IMG/VR virus record: IMGVR_UViG_3300024513_000016
Span: 32,001 to 96,000 of that record
Reading direction: 5' to 3' (one strand)
DNA length: 64,000 bases
DNA from: a virus
A program made the translations under genes and the position numbers. This document shows, piece after piece, positions 1 through 9,644 of the stretch. The notes under the pieces are model-generated. The model ran no database searches. It was not told the origin of the DNA and worked only from the letters and a program-made list of their open reading frames with translations. Numbering within the stretch: position 1 is the stretch's first letter; every line of letters starts with the position of its first letter.

Positions 1-347
1 ATCCAAGCCTCAATTGAAAATTGAGAACTATTAGTTAAATTCAAACTATCAGATTCAGGTATTGTTCCCTTAGAAGTAGATGATCCATTGAAAACAAGGG
101 AAGAAAAATTAACAGTTGCAGTGTTAAATGATATATTTGTTAAAAATGCATTGTTATTTTGTCCACTTATATCAGTCCAAGTATTTCCATTTCCAGGATA
201 AGATGTTATTTTGTTGGTATTTAAATTTAAAACCAAACCGTCAGTAATTTCAGGTGGTTGAAAAAAAATATTTGAATAATTAAAATGTACTGAAGTATTT
301 AATCCAGAAACAGCAGTTGTTAAAGTTGGAAAACTATAATCTGCCAT
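1..347 (-). CDS. Partial virion protein with LamG/concanavalin A-like domain (runs off the left edge)
   Basis: Manual translation from ATG at 347 (TAATG overlap with upstream stop): MADYSFPT...DGLVLNLNTNKITSYPGNGNTWTDISG...FSIEAW, a motif typical of cyanophage LamG-like domains. Confidence 0.7.
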   Translation of the reverse strand, partial: MADYSFPTLTTAVSGLNTSVHFNYSNIFFQPPEITDGLVLNLNTNKITSYPGNGNTWTDISGQNNNAFLTNISFNTATVNFSSLVFNGSSTSKGTIPESDSLNLTNSSQFSIEAW

Positions 348-1816
348 TAGACTGTCCTCGCACAGAAGAGAATACCACGAGTTCTTGTAGTTTGATTGTA
401 AGAACCAGTAATTACAGTATAAACTTCAGATCCACTAATTGTGATTGTATCACCCTGTTGGATATTTGCAGATGGAGTTGCATAATCAAAATCAATTAAT
501 ACAAAATCATCAGGAATGTAATAAGGAACGGGAACTAACAAAGCATTAATTGGAATACCTTTAATTACAGCATTAAAGTTTGATGCTGATGGTAAGGTTT
601 CACTGAAATTGTCTCCACCGGATCCACGACTTGTAATATTTCTTACATAAATGTTAGAATCAGTAGCTGTATATGATTGTGAATGAGATGTTGAACGATA
701 AGTATTAGATTTATATGGTTGTGAATGTAAATTAGCACTATCAAATTGAGTATATCCAAATTCAGCAGCACGTTTTGATGGAACTGTTGAACTGTATGCA
801 GAGTATTCCCCTGCAGTATATGTTCTAAATTCTAAACCTGGATAATAATCATTTGAAATAGGTATAATCATTGTCATTCCACCCAGGAAAACATAATCAT
901 AATCCCATAAAGTGGATGTATGATTATGAAGTATGAATGTAAGGTATGTATTATCTCTCAATTTAGTAGAAGATAGTGTTGGATGCCTATAGGATAAAAC
1001 AGAAAATTTTGGATCTATTCCAGATTTGAAAATATTCAAATCTAATTGATAAGAAGTAGAATTTGCAATTGTTTCTCCACCATTATTTGCTGCAGTATAA
1101 TATCCAAACTGATCAGATGCCCTATCAAAATATGCACCACTTATAACTGGGGTATAAGGCATATCAAAATATGAGTTCCCAGCAAAACGATTTGGATATC
1201 CTTTCCCTCTATTTACATATACATTTGAAATATCTGAAGGATGAAATCCAGATCCAACGTGAAATTCTAAAGAAGTATCACTCATCATTTGGAATCCTCT
1301 GTAGGTATCTCCAAATTTCTTATTTGATTGAATTGTATGTCTCAATACTCCCCAAGGATATGTCCCCCCTGCGGTTACATCCTTATCGTAAAAAGCATTT
1401 GTTGCTCCATAACTAACGGGAGTTACACCACCATCAACTAAAACAGTAATACCAATCGCAACAGCTCCATTTGCAGCACCACCAATATCCGCTGGTGATA
1501 ATGTTACATACTCGCCATTCGTATATCCAACACCAGGACGATTGACATAAATGTTTTGAACCGTTCCACCAGATCTATCAACATAAAAACTTGCTCCAGT
1601 TCCAATTCCAGTTGTAGTTGCAGTAAATACATCATAGTGATCTGTACTTGATGATCCTACAGTTCCACCACCACTATAAGCACTAATACCAGTTACAATT
1701 CCAGTTTGAGTTGCCCCGTGCCAACCTAACCAAGTAAATGCACTTTCTAATTGCTCTATAACATTAGTTCTTGCCCAACCAGGATTAATTGAAATTGTTG
1801 TCGTTGTAATTGCCAT
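347..1816 (-). CDS. Virion structural/tail-associated protein
   Basis: 489 aa, G/T/S-rich, with the repeat-type motif GTGASFYV...PGVGY; lies in the fibre gene cluster. Confidence 0.6.
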   Translation of the reverse strand: MAITTTTISINPGWARTNVIEQLESAFTWLGWHGATQTGIVTGISAYSGGGTVGSSSTDHYDVFTATTTGIGTGASFYVDRSGGTVQNIYVNRPGVGYTNGEYVTLSPADIGGAANGAVAIGITVLVDGGVTPVSYGATNAFYDKDVTAGGTYPWGVLRHTIQSNKKFGDTYRGFQMMSDTSLEFHVGSGFHPSDISNVYVNRGKGYPNRFAGNSYFDMPYTPVISGAYFDRASDQFGYYTAANNGGETIANSTSYQLDLNIFKSGIDPKFSVLSYRHPTLSSTKLRDNTYLTFILHNHTSTLWDYDYVFLGGMTMIIPISNDYYPGLEFRTYTAGEYSAYSSTVPSKRAAEFGYTQFDSANLHSQPYKSNTYRSTSHSQSYTATDSNIYVRNITSRGSGGDNFSETLPSASNFNAVIKGIPINALLVPVPYYIPDDFVLIDFDYATPSANIQQGDTITISGSEVYTVITGSYNQTTRTRGILFCARTV

Positions 1817-1822
1817 TAGTCT

Positions 1823-4588
1823 TTATGCCTCCAGTTGAAGAATGGTTAGATTTGCTGTAATTGCTTGTGTAGAACCAGAAAGGTTTGTGATTGCTGCATA
1901 TATTGTAGTGTCAGTGGGATTATCAAGATTACCACCCATCACAAAAGGAGAAATAATTTGAGTAGTTGAAATGCCAGTAGTAATCACTTCAGCAATCACT
2001 CCACTTCCAGGTGTTGGATCAATTCCAACACTTCTAGAAGCATCAGCAGCACGAGATGCACTATCTGTATATAGTCTTAACCAACCTGCAGTGGAAAGAC
2101 CGACTCTCATTAAAGCATAAGACTTAAATCCTGTAATATTTGTATTACCAATTCCATTATTTGCAATTGATGTTGTTACACCAGTTACAGTAGTTCTTGA
2201 TTGTAGTGAACCACCAGATGCTGTAATTGTTGCAATACCAGAAGTAGAATAATCAACATCAAGTCCAGTTCCAAAGTTAATTGTTCGTGCAGAACCAACA
2301 TTTACATTATCGTCTAAAACAACAATACCAGATCCAGTTGCATTAACATTGAGAAGTGCAGAACCATCAATCGCAGGTAGTGATCCAGTTAATTGACCTG
2401 CAGGGAGACTGGTTATGTTTGCACCAGAACCATAGAAAGAAGTAGCAGTAATTACACCAGTTGCATTTATATGCCCAGAATTTGATAATGTAATTGCAGA
2501 TCCAACTTTAACATTTCCAATAAAAGTGTTATCCGAATTTCCATTAGATGTTAATGATCCATCTATTGAAAGATTTCCAGTATCAGAGTATAAAGTTGCT
2601 ATCTCAGATTTGTTTAAGAAAGATTCCTTTCTGTAGAATACAATATTTCCTCTATCACCATTTGTAAATCCATTTGCAGCAATTTGCAGTTCCTTACTGC
2701 TAGCATTAATATTTCCAGAAACACTACCTGCTGGATCCCTACCAATAATTATGGCATTATTAAGGTCTGAGTAACTACCTGCTCTTAAATAATCAACAGT
2801 GGTAATACCTGCGTAAATATTTGGAGTTCCTGCAAGACTATAAGCAGTTGTTGCTTCTGATACTGAACTTGCACCAGAGACAGTGGCAATACCAGACCCA
2901 AATGAAACATTTAAGTTTGTTCCAAAATCAATTGTCCCTGCAGTTCCCACTGGTGTTCCATCTTCTCTAATTTCAACTCCAGCACCTGTAGCAACAACTC
3001 CAGTCAATGCAGAACCGTCAATGGCAGGAAGTGCTCCTGTAAGTTGCCCAGCATTGAGTGTTCCATAGAAACTTGTAGCAGATACAACACCAGAAACTGT
3101 GAGTGCTTCTGTAGCTACTGTAGTCTTAATACCAACATTACCACTTGAGTTAATATATTGTCTGATGTTTCCTTCACCATCAGCAATGACTACATTATTT
3201 GATGATGTGCGAATATCTAATCCAGTCTGTCCATCATAACCACCAAGAATTACGTTATAAGAACCAGTTGTAATTTTTTGCCCTGCTCTTACACCAACAC
3301 CAATATTGTATTGTCCAGTGGTTGTGTCATAATAAGACAGTTCACCGATACCAATGTTTCTACCCTGACCACCGTTTAAAGTAACAAGAACCTGATCACC
3401 AATCGCAATATTTCTACCACTTCCAGATCCAGAAGGCAAATTACCAAATCTTAAGTTTGATGATGCATCTGCTTGAATTCTTCCCTGAGAAATTGTTGTT
3501 ACACCAGATACATTCAGTTGCGAAGCATTTGCATAACCACCTGTTAAGTTTGTTGCATCAGTTATAGAACCAACAAGATTTCCATAGAAAGTTGTAGCAC
3601 TAATAATTCCAGTAGAGGAATACATTGTGATGCCACTACCCACAAAAGTATTACCACTAAAAGTAGAAATACCGGAAGCATTTAATTGCCCTGTAACGGT
3701 TGTTCCTGTGATTGTTACACCAGTATTAGTGGTTGCTAACTTTTTAGATCCATTATAATAAAGATCTACAGATCCATCTGCAGTACAATCAAGCATGAAC
3801 TCAGCATCTGCTTTATTTTTTAATATAATTCTATCAGATGTTATCCTAAAAGTTGTGTTGCTGTATATTCTAGATCCAGTAACACCATTATATTGAAGAT
3901 AATATTGATTAGAATCTCCAAGATTGATATTAGAATTAGTAGAAAGATTTATATTATTTTTAAAAGTAGAAACACCAGTCACATAAAGTTGAGATGTTGA
4001 TGTTCCACTACCAACAACGGTAAGAGCACTTGTTGGATTTGTGGTTCCTATACCAACATTCGAAAGTGTATGAATTCCTACTAATGAAGATAACCAGTAA
4101 GACTCTCCAGAACCCCCTGTTGTATTAAGTCCTGCAGATGCTGGAGAAAAATCTACCCATTGTGAAGAACTTCCATCATTATAATATATAAATCCTCTTC
4201 CTAAAGTACTATCATACCATAAATTTCCACTAATAGGAGAGACAGGTTCAGTATCAGAAATGGTTACACTTGCACCACCACCTCCAGAGAATGCAATACC
4301 ATTCTGATATAAAGTTCCCGTAAGATTAATATCCCCAATTACTTCTAATTTATATTGGGAATTTGTTGTACCTATACCAATATTTCCATCATTATAGTAT
4401 GCACTGCCATTCGGGTTCTCAGTCCATACATTTAAAAGTGTGACGGTAGATCCTACTCCAACATTCTCTTTTCTTGCAAAGAGTCTACCATCATTAAAAT
4501 TATACCCTAACTCTCCAAGTTCTAAATCTGAAACTTGTGGTCTTTTTCCGGATACGGATGATCTTTTAAGTTTAAACGGAGTTGCCAT
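1823..4588 (-). CDS. Tail fibre-like protein
   Basis: 921 aa; N-terminal KLKRSSV.GK.P..LELGEL fibre attachment motif, GNVGIGTT repeats, internally duplicated AGQLTG.LPAIDGSAL module. Confidence 0.75.
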   Translation of the reverse strand: MATPFKLKRSSVSGKRPQVSDLELGELGYNFNDGRLFARKENVGVGSTVTLLNVWTENPNGSAYYNDGNIGIGTTNSQYKLEVIGDINLTGTLYQNGIAFSGGGGASVTISDTEPVSPISGNLWYDSTLGRGFIYYNDGSSSQWVDFSPASAGLNTTGGSGESYWLSSLVGIHTLSNVGIGTTNPTSALTVVGSGTSTSQLYVTGVSTFKNNINLSTNSNINLGDSNQYYLQYNGVTGSRIYSNTTFRITSDRIILKNKADAEFMLDCTADGSVDLYYNGSKKLATTNTGVTITGTTVTGQLNASGISTFSGNTFVGSGITMYSSTGIISATTFYGNLVGSITDATNLTGGYANASQLNVSGVTTISQGRIQADASSNLRFGNLPSGSGSGRNIAIGDQVLVTLNGGQGRNIGIGELSYYDTTTGQYNIGVGVRAGQKITTGSYNVILGGYDGQTGLDIRTSSNNVVIADGEGNIRQYINSSGNVGIKTTVATEALTVSGVVSATSFYGTLNAGQLTGALPAIDGSALTGVVATGAGVEIREDGTPVGTAGTIDFGTNLNVSFGSGIATVSGASSVSEATTAYSLAGTPNIYAGITTVDYLRAGSYSDLNNAIIIGRDPAGSVSGNINASSKELQIAANGFTNGDRGNIVFYRKESFLNKSEIATLYSDTGNLSIDGSLTSNGNSDNTFIGNVKVGSAITLSNSGHINATGVITATSFYGSGANITSLPAGQLTGSLPAIDGSALLNVNATGSGIVVLDDNVNVGSARTINFGTGLDVDYSTSGIATITASGGSLQSRTTVTGVTTSIANNGIGNTNITGFKSYALMRVGLSTAGWLRLYTDSASRAADASRSVGIDPTPGSGVIAEVITTGISTTQIISPFVMGGNLDNPTDTTIYAAITNLSGSTQAITANLTILQLEA

Positions 4589-4604
4589 ATTGGTATATAC
4601 CTAA

Positions 4605-4632
4605 TAAAAAAGGAGACTTATCTAAGTCTCCT
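4605..4632 (-). terminator. Rho-independent terminator
   Basis: AGGAGACTTA-GA-TAAGTCTCCT inverted repeat followed by a T-run on the minus strand. Confidence 0.8.
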
Positions 4633-4637
4633 AATAT

Positions 4638-4793
4638 TTATTCAGTTTCCAATTCTTCTAATGCTTCTAATGCACCTTGAAGTTTCAAGAATTCTTCTTT
4701 CTTTTTATTGAATTCTTGTTCCATAGCAAGAAGTTCATCTCTAATTTTAGTTGCCTTTTCAGTCAGAATGGTTTTCATTTCATCTTGTTTCAT
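4638..4793 (-). CDS. Small coiled-coil protein (51 aa)
   Basis: Manual translation MKQDEMKTILTEKATKIRDELLAMEQEFNKKKEEFLKLQGALEALEELETE; fills the gap before the terminator. Confidence 0.7.
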   Translation of the reverse strand: MKQDEMKTILTEKATKIRDELLAMEQEFNKKKEEFLKLQGALEALEELETE

Positions 4794-4799
4794 AATAGA

Positions 4800-5396
4800 T
4801 TATTTTAACTCTTCGTTATTTATACATTTATCAAAACCAAATCCAAGATACGTCCTACCATTATAAATTAATTTTTTATTTGAACCATTTCCATCAACAA
4901 AATGTAAAAAACATTGAAGATTCCATTTACTTTTAGAAATTGGTCCAGAATTTGATAAGTATCTACTGTCAAAGATACATAGGTCACCCGGATTTAAATT
5001 AATTTCAATAGAATCAAATTGTTTATTAACTCTATTAAGGTGGATTGGATCTACATCATTTTCTTTTGAAAATCCTAAAGATAAAATTGCCGTAATTTCA
5101 CCAGAATTTTTATTTACATCGTACTGTAATTGATCACCTTTCATATACATTCTAACAAAACTATATGTTGGAAGTATATTAATTCCTAAAATCTCACCTA
5201 AAGGTTCACATGAATTTTGTAATATAACTTCAGACAGAGAATCATAACAAAAATCATAAGTATTTTGATAAAGATTAATATCACTTGAATTAATTTTCAA
5301 TGTAAAATAATCTTGGATAAATTCAACAAAATCTTCTTCTAAAAAATTTCTAATTATTTTATAATGATCACTTTTAAAATTTTGAGGTTCTATCAT
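4800..5396 (-). CDS. 2OG-Fe(II) oxygenase-like protein, metal ligands degenerate
   Basis: LPTYSFVRMY..GD.L, LNPGDLCIF and QCFLHFVD..G match the cyanophage 2OG-Fe(II) oxygenase family, but the HxD and distal His are missing. Confidence 0.65.
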   Translation of the reverse strand: MIEPQNFKSDHYKIIRNFLEEDFVEFIQDYFTLKINSSDINLYQNTYDFCYDSLSEVILQNSCEPLGEILGINILPTYSFVRMYMKGDQLQYDVNKNSGEITAILSLGFSKENDVDPIHLNRVNKQFDSIEINLNPGDLCIFDSRYLSNSGPISKSKWNLQCFLHFVDGNGSNKKLIYNGRTYLGFGFDKCINNEELK

Positions 5397-5401
5397 AATT
5401 T

Positions 5402-6070
5402 TTATTTAAATCTTGGACCAATTACCCAACCAACAAGAACATATCTAGTTCCTTTTGTAATAGGAGTACATTCATGAAGAACATTAGATGGAAAAAATGT
5501 AATTAATCCTTTTTTCTTTTCTATAATTTGAGGAGTTTTACTTAAATGCAATCTCAATTCACCACCTTCATATTCAGACGGATCTGAAAGTTGTAATACA
5601 AAAGAAAGTTTCCTATCGTGTGGAACATTATTGTATATTGTATCCAAATGTGGTTTGTAAAAACTCTTAGTATTTCCATAATATTTTGTAAACTGAAGCA
5701 TTTCAATTTTTTCTAAATCAAATTTAAAATACTCAGAATTAACATAATTTATACAATCAGTTAATCTTTGATAAATCCATTCTGTTACATTATTAACAGG
5801 AACCCAAGATAATTTAGAAATTCTAGTTTGAATTTCTAAATCATTATTAGTTGAAACTAATGCATCAACTTCAGGAATACGATTGCAAATGGAAATTATT
5901 TTATTCAATTCATTATCTTTAAATAAATCACTATAATAATAAAATAAACCATTATTATTATAATTTTTTAAATAATATTCTTTTGCATTAACTACACTAA
6001 GTTCATCTTCATCTATCAATGGTCTGACCATGTTAATGATATTTTTACTTTTTAAAAATTTAGATATCAT
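5402..6070 (-). CDS. 2OG-Fe(II) oxygenase (PKHD/prolyl-hydroxylase-like)
   Basis: YKPHLD...RKLSFVLQLSDPSEYEGGEL...FPSNVLHECTPITKGTRYVLVGW. Confidence 0.9.
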   Translation of the reverse strand: MISKFLKSKNIINMVRPLIDEDELSVVNAKEYYLKNYNNNGLFYYYSDLFKDNELNKIISICNRIPEVDALVSTNNDLEIQTRISKLSWVPVNNVTEWIYQRLTDCINYVNSEYFKFDLEKIEMLQFTKYYGNTKSFYKPHLDTIYNNVPHDRKLSFVLQLSDPSEYEGGELRLHLSKTPQIIEKKKGLITFFPSNVLHECTPITKGTRYVLVGWVIGPRFK

Positions 6071-6672
6071 ATTTTTATCATATTAGAGGGCCAAGAAATA
6101 TCATTTGAAATCAATGAAAAAATATCTAAAATATCATTACATTTATCAATCTGATTATTAAGATCAAATTCTAAGTCAAATAGTTTTTGAAAAAATTTTT
6201 GAATTTCATTTACCATTTTAATAAATTCACTTGAAGTAAAATCAATAAATCCACTTTTTGATTTCCATTTGAATTTTAAATCATTATTAGAATTACATTC
6301 CAAATATTTTAATAGCAATAATGTTTTAGATCTATCGTCGGTAGATATTTCATATCTATTATCGATATTAATCCCTGAACATTCTATTTCATATCTTAAT
6401 GAACTTATTTGATCTTTGAATTGAGACTTTATAATTTCAAATAGTATACTATCACATTCAAATTCTTTCAACTTTTTTTCATTTTCTTTTGAAAATTTTA
6501 AGAACCCATGATTTGGATATCCTGCCCAAGAAAGATCATAAAGTTCATCTTTATTAAGATATACAATTCCTGAAATATTTTTCCAATTTATTTCTAATTT
6601 TTCTGGAGGACTTAAAATTTTTTTTTCTTTTGGATTTATTTCAAAATATAAATCAACTAAAATGTTCTTCAT
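6067..6672 (-). CDS. DUF4376-like tail fibre assembly protein
   Basis: LSWAGYP N-terminal part plus RYEIECSGI...ISTDDRSK...WKSKSGF, a DUF4376-like pattern; start chosen at MKNILV. Confidence 0.6.
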   Translation of the reverse strand: MKNILVDLYFEINPKEKKILSPPEKLEINWKNISGIVYLNKDELYDLSWAGYPNHGFLKFSKENEKKLKEFECDSILFEIIKSQFKDQISSLRYEIECSGINIDNRYEISTDDRSKTLLLLKYLECNSNNDLKFKWKSKSGFIDFTSSEFIKMVNEIQKFFQKLFDLEFDLNNQIDKCNDILDIFSLISNDISWPSNMIKI

Positions 6673-7321
6673 AATCTTTCCAAGCTTGGTCGGGATCTGC
6701 ACCATTTTCAATTGATTGTATAACTCTACGTTTAGCTATTTCTTTTTCACTCTTTTTCCTATCTTTTTTAACATTTTCTCTTAATTTTTCAAGATTTTTT
6801 AATGGTTCTTTTCCCAAATTATCAGAAATTTCTTCTTGAATTTTTAACTCTTCAAATACTTTTTTAGATTGTTCTTCAATATCAAAAGATTTATTTTTTT
6901 TCTTTGATTTTGTTTTTGTGGGAAGTGCCTTTTTCTCTTCAGTATTTCCTTCTAAAGATTTTTTATGTGTTTCCATTACCTGTTGCATTTGCCAAGGTGC
7001 AGCACCTGCCCAATATCTATCGTCAGCATCTAAATTCCACCCCCTCCAGGAAGCAAAATCTTGTCTAGGTCTCATAGCAATTTGAAGTCCTACTCCTGAG
7101 GCTAATTGTTCTATAAGTTCAATAACTTCTACAGGTTGAAGAACAGACCAAAGATTATAATAGTCTCCCCTCATTGATATTTCGACTACACCACCAAATG
7201 CAGTTCCCACTGTTACTGATCTAGCTCTACTTTTACTTGCTTTCAATCCTGCTAATTCATTTTCTTCATAAATTTGATTTATTTTTTCACGTATTTCATT
7301 AGTTTTCTTTTTTGAAGCCAT
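6653..7321 (-). CDS. Hypothetical protein
   Basis: 222 aa; core RARSVTVGTAFGG...LQPVEVIELI...PRQDFASWRGW with a charged tail. Confidence 0.7.
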   Translation of the reverse strand: MASKKKTNEIREKINQIYEENELAGLKASKSRARSVTVGTAFGGVVEISMRGDYYNLWSVLQPVEVIELIEQLASGVGLQIAMRPRQDFASWRGWNLDADDRYWAGAAPWQMQQVMETHKKSLEGNTEEKKALPTKTKSKKKNKSFDIEEQSKKVFEELKIQEEISDNLGKEPLKNLEKLRENVKKDRKKSEKEIAKRRVIQSIENGADPDQAWKDYEEHFS

Positions 7322-7344
7322 GTTAATTGCATCTCCTTATTATG

Positions 7345-9012
7345 TTATTGTGCATACCATCTCACAGTTATAAATCCTCCATCTGGGACTACAACATCAT
7401 ATAATTGAAATGGATTGATTGAAATATCATTATATTTAGTTAAATTTGCAACAGATCCAGGAAGACCTTTGTTTGCATTACCTGGACTGCCAGCAGCACC
7501 AAGTTTACCATAACTAGCAGTATTTAAATTCCCAGCAGTTCCAGCTCGACCTGGAGTTCCATAACTACCAGGATTCATATTACCAGGTCTTCCATAAATT
7601 CCTGGATTTCCATACCCATCTCTCCCCCCAGAACCATTAGTACCTGACTGAGCAGAACCTCCAATCCCATGACCTCCTCCACCTCCTCCACCTCCTCCAC
7701 CAACAGGGTTCCCTAGTTTATTACCAATTGAAGGACTTCCACTACCTTTACCTCCTCCACCTCCTCCACCACCATCAGTTCCATCACCCCCAGGATTTCC
7801 CCTACCATTCGATTCTCTACCTCCTGCAAATCCCCCAGCACCACCATTTCCAGAATTTCCACCACTTCCACCATTATCACCATTAGCCCATCCCCCAGCA
7901 GAACCATTACCCGGACTTCCCCCCGGACCACCTGCTAAAACTTTACCATGACGACCGGCACCACCACCTCCACCACCAGAACCTCCAGGACCACCCCTCC
8001 AATTAGAAGGAGTTCCATCTTCACCTCGATTTCCATTTCCAGCACTCCCAGGTTCACCTATATTTCCAGCATCTCCACCAAAACCTGCACTCCCTGGACC
8101 TCCTGCATTTCCTGCAATTCCACGTTCACCTACAGTTCCAGGTGTTCCAAAATTTCCAGTTCCAGCTAATCCTCCAGCACCACCTACAAAACTATATCCC
8201 AACATTCTAGAAGAAGAACCAATATTTCCAGGTAAACCACTAGATCCAGATTTACCTGGACTGTTTGCATTTAAATTTCCAGGAAAACCATCAGTACCTG
8301 GAAATGAAGTAGCATTAGTATTTAAATTTCCAGGACTACCTATACTTCCGTTTCTACCAGGCCCACCACCAAACCCAGAAGATCCATTACCTCCAGGCTG
8401 TCCAATATTATTAGCTTGATTGCCAGGTTCACCATTTGCACCATTCCCCCCATTTCCACCATCTCCACCAGTACCATATGCTGATATTAATTCATAACCC
8501 ATAGTACCACTAGCTCCACCTGCACCACCTGGACGATTTCCAGTACATCCACCATTTCTACCATTTGCACCATTCCCACCTGCACCAGATCTACCATTTT
8601 GATTTCCTGCCCCTACAGATTTTTTAGGTCCCCAGGCACCTCCACCTCCTCCACCTCCACCCCCAGAGGCACCAGTACAACCAGCATTTGCAAACCCAAA
8701 TCCACCAGCACCTCCACGACCCCCAGTTCCAGGATTTCCAGGGTCTCCACCTGCCCCAACATTTCCATCACTCCCTTTATTTCCAGCAGGTCCTGCAGGA
8801 CCTGCTGTACCATCACTTCCTCGATTTCCAGCATCACCAGGTAATCCAGCAGTTCCATCAGTTCCAGAAGAACCTTTGGCACCTATACCTTCCAAATTTA
8901 CACGAGTAATTCTAGTTGAAGGTGCCTGCCAAGTAGCAGGTGCGTAAAAAGTAATTGACCCAGGAGGGGTCATTGTTGCTTTTGTTGCTCTTCTAGTGAT
9001 TCCAAATGCCAT
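7345..9012 (-). CDS. Glycine-rich (Gly-X-Y / polyglycine) fibre or adhesin-like protein
   Basis: 555 aa of G-X-Y triplets and poly-G runs between short non-repetitive caps (ITFYAPATWQAP; YDVVVPDGGFITVRW). Confidence 0.8.
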   Translation of the reverse strand: MAFGITRRATKATMTPPGSITFYAPATWQAPSTRITRVNLEGIGAKGSSGTDGTAGLPGDAGNRGSDGTAGPAGPAGNKGSDGNVGAGGDPGNPGTGGRGGAGGFGFANAGCTGASGGGGGGGGGAWGPKKSVGAGNQNGRSGAGGNGANGRNGGCTGNRPGGAGGASGTMGYELISAYGTGGDGGNGGNGANGEPGNQANNIGQPGGNGSSGFGGGPGRNGSIGSPGNLNTNATSFPGTDGFPGNLNANSPGKSGSSGLPGNIGSSSRMLGYSFVGGAGGLAGTGNFGTPGTVGERGIAGNAGGPGSAGFGGDAGNIGEPGSAGNGNRGEDGTPSNWRGGPGGSGGGGGGAGRHGKVLAGGPGGSPGNGSAGGWANGDNGGSGGNSGNGGAGGFAGGRESNGRGNPGGDGTDGGGGGGGGKGSGSPSIGNKLGNPVGGGGGGGGGGHGIGGSAQSGTNGSGGRDGYGNPGIYGRPGNMNPGSYGTPGRAGTAGNLNTASYGKLGAAGSPGNANKGLPGSVANLTKYNDISINPFQLYDVVVPDGGFITVRWYAQ

Positions 9013-9019
9013 TTGCTTT

Positions 9020-9622
9020 TTACTCTAGATAAAACCAACCTGTTACTATATATTTGGATTTATTGCCATGAACTACATTTCCCCTATGTGTATGTGTATA
9101 TGCAGCAGGGAAAATAACAAGAGAATTTTCTTGTGGGGGTATTCTCATTCTTTGATATAAAAGTTCAGTCTCCCCTGCACCATCTTCATCAATATCATTA
9201 AGATATAAAATATAAGTTAATGCTCTAGCAGAAGAATCACCATTTCCCTGTTCACAATGCCATACATGATATCCACCACCGGGAAGAGTTTTTTGTACTT
9301 TAACACTTGTACATTTCATATTTAAATCATTAAGAACATCATATTCTCTCACATAAGAGTCATAACATCTCTGAAGTCCATCAAAAAAAATATCAGTGGC
9401 AGAAAATCCATTAAAAGAAGAAAAAGAATGATTCTTAAGATTTAAAAAGAAAAATTCATCCTGCTTTTTTGTTTTTGTAGTATTTTCACTATCCTGCCTA
9501 TTTCCACAATATCCACCTTCACGGAATCTTTCGAATTCACAAATCATGTGATTGCAAAATCCATCAGGATAAACATCCTTATACATTCCTACAAAATCTT
9601 TATAAGTTTCATTCATATTCAT
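9020..9622 (-). CDS. 2OG-Fe(II) oxygenase
   Basis: GGGYHVWHCE...YLND...GETE...FPAAYTHTHRGN...KYIVTGW. Confidence 0.9.
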   Translation of the reverse strand: MNMNETYKDFVGMYKDVYPDGFCNHMICEFERFREGGYCGNRQDSENTTKTKKQDEFFFLNLKNHSFSSFNGFSATDIFFDGLQRCYDSYVREYDVLNDLNMKCTSVKVQKTLPGGGYHVWHCEQGNGDSSARALTYILYLNDIDEDGAGETELLYQRMRIPPQENSLVIFPAAYTHTHRGNVVHGNKSKYIVTGWFYLE

Positions 9623-9644
9623 GAAAAAATTAATTTAAAATTAT

